Shown here in pieces: positions 38,350 through 51,107 of a stretch of DNA of 64,000 bases. This DNA is from Octopus sinensis (taxonomy: Eukaryota), in the NCBI RefSeq assembly GCF_006345805.1, contig NW_021826031.1, forward strand, positions 124,001-188,000. Reading direction: 5' to 3'. The notes below the pieces were generated by a model. The model was not told where the DNA came from. It saw only the letters and a list, made by a program, of their open reading frames with translations, and ran no database searches. A program made the translations under genes and the position numbers. Every line of letters starts with the position of its first letter. Positions within the stretch are counted from its first letter, which is position 1.

Positions 38350-39270
38350 TGTTAACTCCTTTGTTTGTAAGAATATTGATGAATATAATTATATTGTAAA
38401 CATTTTGAATAATGTACCCATCGTCGTTCAATCAATAGTACAAAGATATCGATACAGCAAAAAAGCTGAAAATTTTTGTGTGATTTCTGGAAAGCTGTAT
38501 CTTTCAAGCAAAGATAAAAGTCCGAAGCTTGTAATTACTATCGATAATGAAGAGGAAATGGCTTTCCATTGCAAGAATATTCACAATTTTACTCACTGCG
38601 GGCAGAATGCTTTAGAACAGCACTGCAATGACAATTTCTTTACAATTAAAAAAAATGTTGTTAAAAAAGTCGTTTCGGAATGTCAAATTTGTTTGTTTTT
38701 AACTCCTCTGAAGATATATGATGAGGACTGAAAGTATTCCTAATGAAAGATTTCAGGTAGATTTAATTGACTTAAAAATGTAATTCATTTTTTATTGTAG
38801 CTTTAAACACTTAAATGATTCATTTGCATGGATATTGGTTGTCATTGACGTTTTTTTTGAAATTCGTGTTTACACAAAATCTTGTTAATAAAAGTGGACA
38901 TGAAGTGTCGAATAATCTTCTTCAAATTTTTTTAAAATTTGGTCCTTGTCATATTTTGCAGTCTGACAATGGGACTGAATTTAAAAATGCACATATTCAT
39001 GAATTGTGCAAAAGATTCAGGATTAAACAAGTCCACAGCAGGCGAAATAACCCCAGAAGCCAAGGAATTGTGGAAAGGTTTAACCAAATTTTAACAAGAT
39101 CCTTATCGAAAATGATGAAGCGTGAAGGGGATAAAAATTGAACAAATCACATAAATGAAACTATCTATTTTTATAACTTTACTGTACATTCATCAACTAA
39201 TGTCTATTTTATTTTTTATTCTTAGGAAAGTCTCCTTTTATGAAATACAGAAAAATTATACCATATTAGT
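38350..39270 (+). mobile_element. Ginger2/KRBA2-like DDE integrase remnant with micro-introns
   Basis: H...H...CQIC zinc finger, PNERFQVDLIDL, ILQSDNGTEF, NPRSQGIVERFNQIL, YNFTVHSST..KSPF; stops and frameshifts. Confidence 0.8.
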
Positions 39271-40235
39271 GTTTTTTATGTCTTTTTTTGGATAAAAGTT
39301 CATATTATTCACCCACAAAAAACAAACATAACGCATTTTTGACTCGACATAACGTTTTATCGATTAGAAACAATTTTAAAATATTAAAAATTATTTTTTA
39401 ATTTCCTTAGCCGATTTTATTTACTTCTTTGCTTTCTTAATACACAAAATCTACTTCTTCGTATTCTTTTTCTCCTTATCGTAAAATAATTTCATAATTA
39501 CCATAAAAGCCAATAAAGACTGCATAATGTAATCATCTAGTTTTTTTTCATATCCCACTCCCATAAAAATGTTAAATGGAATATGCTTCGTAGTGTCAGG
39601 GCCACACTTATGTCTTTCGAGAGCCACATGTTTGACACCCCTGATCTACGAGGATAAATATGAGAGGCTTCTGAACCAATCAAACCAACACAGACGTGCT
39701 GATTCTTAATACATTCAGAGAGATCATCCCTAAAGTCACAAAACCAAATCAGAACAACTAGAAATACTTAGATACCCACTCACTGATGCTGGAATCAGTA
39801 ACACTCTAATAAATGAACATCAACTAATAAATTAAATTTATTGTGTCAAAAAAATTTGTTAAGTAGTCTTATAATAAAACGTAAAAGAACTTAATTTTTG
39901 TCCTGTTTTCCAGCTCAAAACTCATTTTTTTACTAAACACAAAAATATTGGGTTTTTGGCATTAGTTTTGCTATTTGATAAAAATATTTAACAGATCAAT
40001 TTAATTACAAAAATTAGTATTCGAAACAAAGCAAAATTCTAACAAAAAATACAAAAATCACCCAAATACATCAATTACTCAAAAATTTAACCTCATTGAA
40101 TAGAAAAGCAAAGAAATCAAAACCCTATTACTCCTCATAAAAAACATGACCCACAGAAACTAAATTTTTAACAAATAAATAAAGAAAATTGAACTGAGAA
40201 AGTAAAGGAAAAAATCATTTTAAATGCCAATTACT

Positions 40236-40592
40236 TTAAAGAGTGCAGACTTTGAAGTCCACACCGTCTTCTAAATCAAAGGAAGTTATATTTTTGAAAG
40301 CTTCGGGCATGCACTGAATCTTTATATATCGAGAATGAATCCTCATTTGGAAATGATCCCAAGTCTTTGATCCTTCACCACAAGGAGTCTTTCTGCATGT
40401 AATTCGGAGATTCTTCGTCGGGAGAGGAGTTGGCCCTTTCATTACAAAATTGAGTTCCTTTCCCCTTCTTATTAAGTCAGCCACAACTAAAATATATATT
40501 TTAGGTTAACCTCGATCAAGTTTTACTTTATCAGTGCAACGTAGGGTAAATCTAAATGATTGAATTTCTCCATCTTTTTTATAATCGGACAT
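40236..40592 (-). CDS. RPS20: 40S ribosomal protein S20 (uS10), 2 exons
   Basis: [37 protein letters not shown]; exon 1 [19 protein letters not shown] joined by a 25-nt intron. Confidence 0.96.
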
Positions 40593-40899
40593 TTAATGCT
40601 AAATTTATAATTGACAATTTTAACGTACCAGAAGACAAGAAGAAAAGCACGTTTGATTAATTGATTTAAAATTTTAAATATTTTAATTAATATAAAACAA
40701 ATATAATTTTATATTATTATTTAATAAGAATATTCAAATTAGTTTTAAACTAAATAAAAAAATTCTCTGTCTAATTTATTTTGTATTGAAATAAATCAAT
40801 GATTATTTTATAAATATTAATAAATAAAAATAATTAATTTTAAAATTCATAAAATAAACTTTTCAAAATTGGTTAGTGCAACGTGATCGTAATTGGTTA
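40593..40899. promoter_or_regulatory. Putative bidirectional promoter between head-to-head RPS20 and PHB
   Basis: 307 bp, extremely AT-rich, between two divergent start codons. Confidence 0.55.
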
Positions 40900-41773
40900 A
40901 TGTCGGCCAGATTACTCAGTAATATCGGTTCCTTAGGCTTTGGTCTCGCTACAGTGGCTGCATGTGCCAATTACACTCTATATAATGGTTTACATGCCTA
41001 AGTTCAATCCTCAGTTGACGGTGGTCGCCGTGCTGTGATTTTTGACCGTTTTAAAGGCGTCAAAGACAAGGTAGTTGGAGAAGGGACACATTTTCTGATC
41101 CCCTGGGTTCAAAAACCAATCATTTTCGACTGTCGTTCCCGCCCCCGCCAAATTCCAATTATAACCGGATCCAAGGACCTTCAGAACGTGAACATTACTC
41201 TAAGAATTCTATTTCGACCTGTCATTAAAGAACTGCCCAACATTTACAGAAATATAGGAATTGATTACGACGACCGAATTCTCCCTTCGATAGTAAATGA
41301 AGTCCTCAAGTCTGTCGTGGCTCAATACGACGCGGCTGAACTCATCACAGAAAGGGAAGTCTTCTCTCAGAGACTGGCCGAGGAGTTGAATGAAAGGGCT
41401 GAGATTTTTGGTATTCTTTTGGACGACATTTCTTTGGTTATTTTGCTTTTTTGGAGTGTTTTAGACTCATTTGACGTTCGGGAAGGAGTTTACTCAGGCA
41501 GTGGAGATGAAGCAAGTGGCTCAACAGGATGCCGAAAAGGCCAGATTTTTAGTCGAGAAGGCCGAGCATATGAAGACTGCTGCAGTCACTGTGGCTGAAG
41601 GGGACGCGGAGGCCGCAGATTTGTTGGTTCAGGCATTTAAAGAAGCTGGAGAGAGTTTTATTGAGTTGAGAAGATTGGAAGCTGCTGAGGAAATTGCGGA
41701 GAGGTTGGCACAGTGTCCGAATGTCTCTTATCTTCCTCATGGTGTTAATGCAGCACTTTTAATGCCCAAATAA
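40900..41773 (+). CDS. PHB: Prohibitin 1 (3 exons)
   Basis: LYN|[16 protein letters not shown]...[18 protein letters not shown]...DDISL|[28 protein letters not shown]; introns of 27 and ~28 nt. Confidence 0.96.
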
Positions 41774-41999
41774 TCTTTAGTCACGTTCTTTTTGTTCGAA
41801 ATAATATTTTTTTGATTTTTGCTTTTTTGATAAATGACTTTAAATTGGTAAAAATATTTATCTGAGCAAGACAGTTTGTATTTATGAATATCGAATTAAA
41901 ATAGCATTATTTCGACTTTTAATTTAATCCGACAGCATGATACGTTTTGGAATGAAATAATTAAAGTCTAGTTTTTCCAAGTTCTATACTACGAAAAGA

Positions 42000-44090
42000 C
42001 CCACAACTATTCCCTTGTCGGATCGGATCGATTTTGCGACGTCGGTGGCTGCAGAGCAGGCGTGAAGCCGTTGCTCCCAAGGACCTTTTTGTTTATTAAA
42101 TCGCCCCTCTCCCTTCCAGAGACATTGAACCAAATCCTGGCCCCAGTAAGAAGAACCTATTATGTATCTTGCAGATCAACATCAATGGGATTGCTCAGAA
42201 GACTGCTGAACTTTATTCTTTCCTGGATAAGCACGGCGTGGACATTGCTTTGTTGCAAAAACCGATGCTCTCGACCAAAAATCGCTTGCCAGATTTCCCT
42301 GGTTACTCATACGTCCGGGGGAACAGTTTAAATTTTCGATCTAATATTCATAAAAATTTTCATTAGTGGCTATTTTTGTGCAGGATGAAATGCAAAAGTA
42401 CCACTGTCTCTAAAGGGTAATCATAGCTGATTACTAATCAGCTAGGAAACTCATCAATATATATACCTCCTCACTCGTCATGTCCTCACGAATGGACCCC
42501 GTCTATTCAAAATCTTCAGTCCCTCAACAATGTCATTATTTGTAGTGATATGAACGCAAAAAGTCCGATATGGCTAAAAAATTAATCTCTCAACTTAAGT
42601 GGATCTCTACTATTCGACCAATTTGATGGTTTAGTCATCCTCAACAATCCCTCAGCTCACACCAGAACACCGTCAAGAAAAAGCGATGCAATTTTCTCTC
42701 CTGACATCTCGCTGTGTACTCCAATTCTGACCCCTGTTACTTCTTAGAAGGTCATTTACGACCTTATTATTATATAGCACTGTCGGAAAATCAAATTTAA
42801 TTAAGTTTTTTTTGTGCCACAGCAAGTATCCTCACACACATCCGTTTCCTTTTCAGTCTTTTGTTTACTTCTGTCAAGTCTTCGTTTAACGCGGTAGGTA
42901 GAGTGACTCTAGGTCTTCCACGGAAAGCTCCTTTGGATTGGGCAAAATAGTTTTCCATGGCGATGTTCGGCGGTTGTCCAGTCTCAATATGTGCCTCAAT
43001 ATGTGCCCAAAAAGTCTCCATCTGGATTCCAGGATGTCCATGGAGATCAGTTTCAAGTTAGATCTGTTGTATAAGACCGAGTTAGATATTTTTCTTGGGA
43101 ATTGTATGTTCATAATTCTACACTTCACGGGGCATACCACAAGGTGACTCGCTGTCCCCAGTTCTGTTTATCGTCTACCTAGAAGCAGCACTCAGAGACT
43201 TCAGGCCTCTTGTTGACAATAGCAAATACAATGAAATAATATATGCCGACGATGTCGACTTGGTTTCTGAAGACGCTGAAACCCTTCAGTACATTATTGA
43301 AACATTACCACATATATTTTCCAAATGGTTTTTAACAGTCAAAGATAACAAAACGGAATACACGAAAATTGTTCGTGTTGAACGCACCCACGATGAGTCC
43401 TGGAGAAAGCATAAAAAAGTCGGATCACTCCTGGGTGACTCTGAAGATATCATAAAGATATTATCGATCGCTGCGTATAACAAATTTTTGAACATTTGGA
43501 GGTTAAGGAAACTGAATACAAAGACAAAACTAAAGATATATAACACGTTCATTGTTCCTGTCTTGACGTATAACGGATTGACATAGGGAATCACCAAAGC
43601 TGATATGAACAGTTTGAACCAATTTCATCGAAATCAACTGAGAAGAATTATGAACATACAATTTACGACCTAAATTCTGACCACAACTCGTTTATTATTG
43701 AGAATGCCCTAAAATCCAACATCGACATATAACGGCGTTGTTATACGAATTTCAAAAGAGCTTCCTGGGACGACTACCGTCTTGCTCTAGAAAAGTCATT
43801 GAATGATTTCGACATTATCAACTTTCGTTCGACTGACGCAGCAGTCAAGTATGCACTTATCATCTTCACTTTCAAAAAATTTATTCCTCAAGGAATTATA
43901 AAAAAAAATTTTCCCAAAGTTACAGCCACGAAGTAAACACCCTTATAAAGACCCGTAAAAAACTGAAACGGGAAAATGGACAATCTGCTGTGTCCTTCAT
44001 AGAACTGAGGAATCTAAATAAACAAATCACTGCGGCCATAAATCGGCATATTGACTCAAAGTGGAGTGCCCACCCAAAACTATGTACCCA
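42000..44090 (+). mobile_element. Degraded I/Ingi/Jockey-like LINE (APE domain), interrupted by an RTE insertion
   Basis: ILQININGI, DIALLQ, INIYIPPHSSCP, SDMNAKSPIW, SPDISLCT, then DLNSDH resumes at ~43667 after the insertion. Confidence 0.75.
42765..43660 (-). mobile_element. RTE-clade insertion with 5' inversion and 11-bp TSD
   Basis: 3' part on minus strand (RWRLFGHILR, RGRPRVTLP, TAA tail); RT part on plus strand (GIPQGDSLSP, YADD); TSD atttacgacct at 42754-42764 and 43661-43671. Confidence 0.9.
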
Positions 44091-44292
44091 CCCGAAGATC
44101 GTATAATGACCCTTTTTGAAAACGCAACGACGGAGGAAGCTTCCCTGAGTTAGACCATAGAATCGGACTCGAGAACAACCACAAAAGTTGCCTGCGCAGT
44201 AAAATAGATAAAATAGACATTGATTCGGACTATAAGAAAAGGAGAATCGACTTAAAGCGACCAGGAATCATTTTTAAAAACCAAATTCTTTA

Positions 44293-44743
44293 CATTTTTA
44301 AAATATTTATTCAAATTTTTTGAATTCCTCTAAAGAGCTGAAATCAGAAAAAAAGTAAAGAATTGCCCAATTAAATCACAGAATCAAATATGAACGCATA
44401 AAAAATTATTGTCCATATTTTTTTAAAATGAACCCATTAAAACAAGCCAAAATAGTCTTTTGATAATTTTCAGGAATGCAATTCTAATTAACTGCTCCAA
44501 ATAGAAGAATATAAACTTGAATTGCCGAACTTTTTTTTAATGTTTCTCACTTTTTTGATAATTCACAAGGCTCTCTCCACACAGAGATATTATAACACGG
44601 AATGCATTGTTTTGATATTTGTTTAATATTTTAGAGTGAATTAACACTTTGGACATACCGATTTATTTTTCATATTAGTCTAAGTTCAATTGATAGGAAT
44701 GTTTCCATCGATTGTGGGGTAGGTTATGTTCCTATGACTAATT
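44293..44743 (-). repeat. Right copy of ~450-bp inverted repeat (partner 37714-38162)
   Basis: Reverse-complement match to the left copy. Confidence 0.9.
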
Positions 44744-46294
44744 GTAGAAAAAAATACATAATTTGATTCATGCAGGAGGCTCTGATATTGGTAAGTTTAT
44801 TAATTTTCATATCTAGAGCCAAATATCGATGGTTTCTATCCTATAGTATGTTATTACATTTTTAAATTGCTAGGAAGTGGGCCTTAAATACTGCATTAAC
44901 TGCTTATATGGTAATATCACAGAAAAAGGTTACGAATTAATTAAATTTCAAGGATCCTCTGCCACATCATATGAAAAATACGTCCTTAACTTGACGGTAA
45001 TCAAAAGCATATTTATAACAGGATGGTTATTATTACGCGATTTCAAATCATTGTCCGGAGAAGATGGTGATGAATAATTTTACCACCTCTTTTTTTGAGA
45101 TTTATATTCAACAAATAATAAATATGACAGTAATATCTTAACAATATTGCAGAACGCCGTAAAAAACCATCAATTATATAATGAATCGGACAACGCTTAT
45201 ATGCAAATATTAGTTTTGTTTTGTTTTTTTAATATTATAGAGATCAGTAAATATGAAAGCATACGACCTGATATATGTTTTAATAGACTTTTTGAGATCA
45301 CGCGGATACATTTTTAGGCAACACGGCCATAATTAACTCGATAATTTCTCGATAATCCATAACTTACTATAATCTGTTAATAAATCTTATAAGCTATAAA
45401 AAGACATAACAAGGTAGCCAATAACTACTAAGCGGAGATGGGGATTGGGAAAGAACTAATCAAGACGGAAATGCCAAACACACTGGTTTGAAATGTGGTC
45501 AAATAAAATGGAAAGTGAGGAGGGAGAAAATATAGTTAATGTGGTTAAATTGATCGGTGAATTGAATAAAATACATAGAGCGTAGCAAAAATTAAGTTTA
45601 AAAATGGATTTGGACATGAAACGAAAGAAAGAGAAAGTCTACAAATATGTTGTGTCACTTGGAAACGAAGAAAGTAAAATTAGTGTGAGTGAGGAGCAGA
45701 AAAATGTTAGAATATGTGAAAAGGAGACCCCTAAAGTGGGGAAATTGGATGAGATGAGGCGGGACGGAATGATCCTGGTGCACCTGATGCAAGTTACCAC
45801 TTTGCCATATTTCTGGATTTAAGAATTGGCCCTGACAACATTTAAATCTATCATGTCAAAAGATTAGGTCGTAATGCTATCAAAGCAATAGTCTTTATTT
45901 TCAACAATTCTATTGCGAAAAACGAAATACCATTTTTAACAAATTGTAGTAAATTATATGTGATTCCATACAACATATGGGGCAGACCTTTCACTTCTGA
46001 ACGCACTTTAGGTCGTTTGATATTTTTCTTATCAACTGTGATATGTCAAGGTTGCGACACCAGATCGGTTACGTTCAAAATGTTTAATAAAAATTACCTT
46101 TCTAGAGTTATTTTCTTTTTCTGTTCATTACTTTTTGATTTTAATATTTTTTTCTATAAAAATTTTGAAGTTTCTGATTTGATCGAAGAAAAACAGAACC
46201 AACTCAAATTTTGTTACTCTGCTAAAATGTATCCTTTGATTTTTTCACGCCCAAAGTGCTTAAGATCGTGCAGAGCTAAATTTAACAAACAGAT

Positions 46295-47120
46295 ATACTA
46301 AAAACCAAACAAACCGATTGGTATTCCAAGTTCCTACCGCCCAATCTCTCTTCAGTGTACGCTAGCTAAAATCCTTGAAAAACTAATCCTTTCCCGAATA
46401 TCCAAACATTTGCCAACTTCCATACTCAACATGGTTTTAAACCACTGCACTCAACAACTACTCACTTAACAACACTTTCGCAATCTGTCCTGTACGGCTT
46501 CAATGAGAAGAGACCTGCAATCAGTGGTCACATTACAGGCGCCCAGAAGCCACTCCTCAAACGAGTTTACAAACAATACATACGCCCCGTATTAAGTTAT
46601 GCGAGTCCAAGCTGGGCGCCCTGCATATCTACAAATTCGACAATGGCACTTCAATCAGTACAAAACAAGGCTATACGCACAACATCTGGGTGTCTGAAAT
46701 CAACCCCAATTGATAACCTCCATTGTGAAACAAACCTTTTGCCAATATAAAAGGAGCGCAATTTTTATTTGCATCTCGAATTCCCCATCATCTTTTTTTG
46801 CTATAAATTTGCTAAACGGAAATTCTCGTTCAGTGAAGAATACGCCGGTGAATCTATATTCCTGGATCCTTGCTAAAATTGATGGCCTGCACTAATGTTT
46901 ATATCTAATTCAATATCTACGTCAGCAATTCTTAAGCTGACGCCTAACTCTGTGCTCAATAAACATCCTCCTGACGTTCACCCTTCTGAATTGCTTCTCG
47001 ACCGTTCGCCTCAGATAAACTTAGCTCGTTTCTGTTCTGGCCATCACTCCACATTGGTTAGGTCGGTCATGCCCAGTGGGACTGACTTATCGACTCAGTT
47101 CTTCCATTTGGGTAAATGAT
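46295..47120 (+). mobile_element. I/Ingi/Jockey-like LINE RT and C-terminal remnant
   Basis: [67 protein letters not shown]; central RT deleted. Confidence 0.8.
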
Positions 47121-48629
47121 GGCATTTAGCTTCACTCGTAGTCCAGCAGTTGATTCATTATTACACAGGCAATTTCCTCACTCGACGCAAAGAGGCCTGT
47201 AAAACAAACCAATCAGACTATATGACCACCATTTATTCACTTGTCTAGTTCTATTCCTGGGTGGCCAGCAATGGCTCCGGTACAGTCTGTCTAAGGAATC
47301 CTCTCTATACTCCCCGGCTGTCTTCCCTGCATTTGAAGAGGTAGGATTTGACTTTGCAGGAGATTTTCCGAAAACGACTGCTGACTTATTGCCAATTATT
47401 CATCCTGAACTGTCAGTAACTACCAATATCTCCGACTGTCTGTGTTCGTGTTCTCGAGTAGCCTCTATCTAGGCTTAACACTTTATTATTCTAGAAATTC
47501 GATATTGATTTCATTAATAAAAATCCGAGACTTTCCGGAACAAAAAATTTTCACAGAAAAGCAAGAAAATATTTTTAGTTAAAATTAACTAAGAAATTCG
47601 ATTATATTTTCCAACTGAATGAACTTTAGAAAATTTTGATTATTGTTGATTTTTAAAAAAATACATGCACGGCATATCAATATTCGATAATTTTGATAAA
47701 ATTTGGAATTTGAATACTCTTCTCATTAAAATATTTAGAAACGTGCATCCAATTTAATTCGCAATTATCCTGATTAGTTCTCCATTCCTTATTTGTTGTT
47801 GACAAGAACAATTAAACATTAATAAATTCATCAAATAAATCGTCGACATTTATATTTTTGAATCCAATTTTTTAATTAATTTTTTCTGCCGATGCTTCCT
47901 TCAATTTTGTTGGTCAATTTAAGAAATGGCCAATTAGAAAATAAAATCGATATTTTTTAAAAAGTCACTTTTAGAAAGCATAAAATAAATCGCAAATTCA
48001 TTTATGGTACAGACTTTGGCTACAATAACAATCCTTGTGACCCTTCGATATATATTTATTGCTTGAACAAATAAAAGCAAAATCCGGACGACTTTTAAAT
48101 TGTTTCAGTTAGAATCGATGACCTAAAAGGATACAAAGTGAGTGATGTACTTTTCCTGGATTCGAGATGCACGTCACTGAAACAGACGAATACAAAATTC
48201 TCCCCACTCTTTGGTAAATATATTTCAGGCATGTCTAGGTTAACTTGTTCAGTATTTGCGATTAAAATGTGGGACTCATTTGAATGGACTAACTGAGATG
48301 AAATCAGTCGAATAAAGTGCATAATGAATTCGTACTTTATTTTTTTATATTTGGTAGTCGGAACATTCCCGCCTCCATTTCTACGATTATTACTACGACA
48401 TATAATCTAACATTCCTGGAAATTTGTTTTATCAACTAACACTTATTCTCTCTCCTCGAGTTAGTGAGGAGACCTGAGAGTCAAAACTCGTATACCCTCG
48501 CACGAGACTTGACTAGTGTCCCCTTGTCTCTCCAACGCTAGACATTGACTGCGGTGTAGCCACTGGCGAATTCTAATTGTTTTACCCTTTCATACTTTTT
48601 GTTAATTAAAGATAATTTTTCATTATTCT

Positions 48630-50340
48630 TCAGACCATATCATTCAACGACAGCCCTACTTACAATAAAACTTGCAGACTTTTGTGCAACAAGAAAATCT
48701 ACAATACATTCAACCTCCCAACGACTGTCCCCTTAGAGCTTACGAGGAACTCGAGTGGCACTCAGTCGTGTCCTCTAATCATTCCTTAGATCTAGAAAAT
48801 GAGTTGGAGACATGTCATGAAGACCCACAAGCCATCATTCATCATGAATTGTGTCGTCTTCAATACCTATTCTGTCACACGCTGGGCTCTCATCGTCAAC
48901 TTGTAAAAGCCAAGCAAATCTTACATCTTCGTCTACGAGCGTCTCCATGAGAATTTGGTGAGTATTACCGTTTGATTACTCTTCCTATAAAACAACTAAT
49001 TTGATTGCCCAGACAAACAAGTAGTCTAAGACAGGCAAATTAAATACAAATGTAATAATCAAAATAAGCAGATGATGACTTATCTGCTGCCGGAAGCATG
49101 CTAACATAGACCAAACTGCCCAGGTGGATGTCAAAAATGGGGACGACCTACTCAAATCTCGGACGACAGAGTGGGGTTCCGTGCCCGAGGACTGGTTATA
49201 ATCGAGGAAGTGTAGAAAGATAGAGAAGGGGGCATAGTTCTGCAAATATACCTGCTCAGTATCGTTGTATATGTGGACTCCTTCCGTAATGGGGGAAGGA
49301 CATGTCCTCGTCCTTACCAGCAGAAAGGAGTGAGTTGGCTGAGGTTTCTCCACACATATGGACTGCATGGAATACTGGCCAAGTGATAGTCCTCCTCCAC
49401 AGCCACTACAAGTCCACTGGGTGGCCTAAGAAGCCTTCTCTGGTGGTGTGTCCTGTCACGTTGACACTGGCATTATGAAATTGATAAATTCTTTGATGAT
49501 AAACTTCTTACTTATATTGTATATTTTGGAGTTAAAAGAAAAGTATATTTAAATAATTAATAAAGGTTGTGGGAGTTTATTTTGAATTATAATGTTGTGG
49601 TGGTGTCATACGAGACATTGCAGTACGACATTGCAGTACGACAAGCCGGGTGACTGGGTGAGTGGAAGAACGAACGTTGTGGCAAATGAAGACAAGTTAT
49701 CCTCCGAGAACAGCCTGGGTGACCACAACAGTATAGGAGTGAAGACTGGTCGAATGAGGCAGGGCACAGCATAGGAGTGAAGAATGAGGCAGACAAGAGT
49801 ATAGTAAAGGTAATTTTATATTATTTTGATATCTACAAAGTTGTAAAATTCTACTAAGTTATGAAAGTTTAGGTTGACTGTTATGGTTAACAAATCTGAT
49901 CTGCGATCACTCTGCACTGCTGAAAGAAGCCGACAAAGTGGAGTCGATTTGTTTATGTTTGAATTGGAATGTGAAGGACATAGTGGCACTGAAGTATGCT
50001 TATTATTGAGAGGGAGTAGAGGTCTGTTGGAGAACTGTGGGATTGGGTGGCTCATTCGTCAGTTCTCAGCACAGGGCAGTGATATTTTATCAGACAAAGT
50101 CATTTATTGATATAATAAGGGATATGTTAAAGTGAGTGTGATTGCTGTATTTAGTGTGCCGAGTGTGGTGTACATCAGAGGGACTGACCCACAGGCGATG
50201 GACCGAGCTCATCGATTAGGCAAGAGGGCAGTGAATGTGTATCGATTGATCACTACAGACACAGACGAGGATAAGATTATAAAGTTGGATTTGTGCTTTA
50301 TTTTTGTTTGCAACGATTGCTGTCGTCCATGGTTATTTCT
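48630..50340 (+). pseudogene. BTAF1: Heavily deleted BTAF1/Mot1 (SNF2 family) remnant; 5' boundary uncertain
   Basis: VVVVSYETL, LLENCGIG, SQHRAVIFYQTK, QAMDRAHRLGKRAVNVYRLITT..EDKI occur in BTAF1 order but in different frames with large gaps. Confidence 0.65.
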
Positions 50341-50399
50341 GAGGAGAATACTGCTGTCGATGGAGGAGTTGATTGGACTGTTTATGGGTAGTGATTAGA

Positions 50400-51107
50400 G
50401 GGATTGTTTGGGATTAAACAGTAACATTTCTCCAAAACGACCTTAAATCTACATCGGAATAGTGCTGATATTATAATCAACTTGTGATTGGATATATACA
50501 AAATGGGGACTCCCGCTACTTTTCTGATCCTCCTTTTCAGATCCCGGTCACAAGTGGCCACATTGTAGCATTTTTGCAAAAAATAGATCGACCCACTGCG
50601 AACGTTTGACAATGCAGTCGTCGCTATACGTCCCCTTATAAATGCAATTTAATCTACGAAAATTGCTTTCCTTCACAAACCTACAAAAATATACACAAGA
50701 CACACTTTAGTGCTAGTCTGAATTTCTTTCTGAGTTTTTCCAACTCTCCGATCACGCAATCAGTGATAAATCCGTGCCTATAATCAACAAGTGGCGGGAA
50801 ATTAAATTTGGCGGTAAGAAATGTCATCAGATTCTCAACAATGTCCAATTTGTTGCGAATAGATATTTTTATGAAGTTTGTGTCGAGAATAACGTGATAG
50901 GGAGGATCAAGTTGAGTGTTGTAGCTCAGGAACATGGAGGATGATATTTTGTTTCTGAAATATTGAGGAATAAGCACAACATTTGTTTTTTAATTAGAGT
51001 CTAAATATGAAATAAACCAGTACCATCATTGCTTATATTTTAACTAAGCCAATTTTTCCGATTCAATAACGTATTTTATTACATTATACATTTTTTAGGT
51101 TTACCAT
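50400..51107 (-). pseudogene. FCF1: rRNA-processing PIN protein FCF1/Utp24, probably a decayed copy
   Basis: YNTQLDPPYHVILDTNFI, ITDCVIGELEKL, YKGTYSDDCIV, CYNVATCDRDLKRRIRKVAGVPI; no AG acceptor found before KCYNVAT and the 5' region appears disrupted. Confidence 0.75.

Noticed and set aside
947-41773. Stop-codon reassignment or frameshifting to explain fragmented genes
   Set aside because: In the conserved genes resolved by hand (PGAM5, EF1B, SPCS3, IMP3, RPS20, PHB), canonical GT-AG micro-introns explain the breaks under the standard code.
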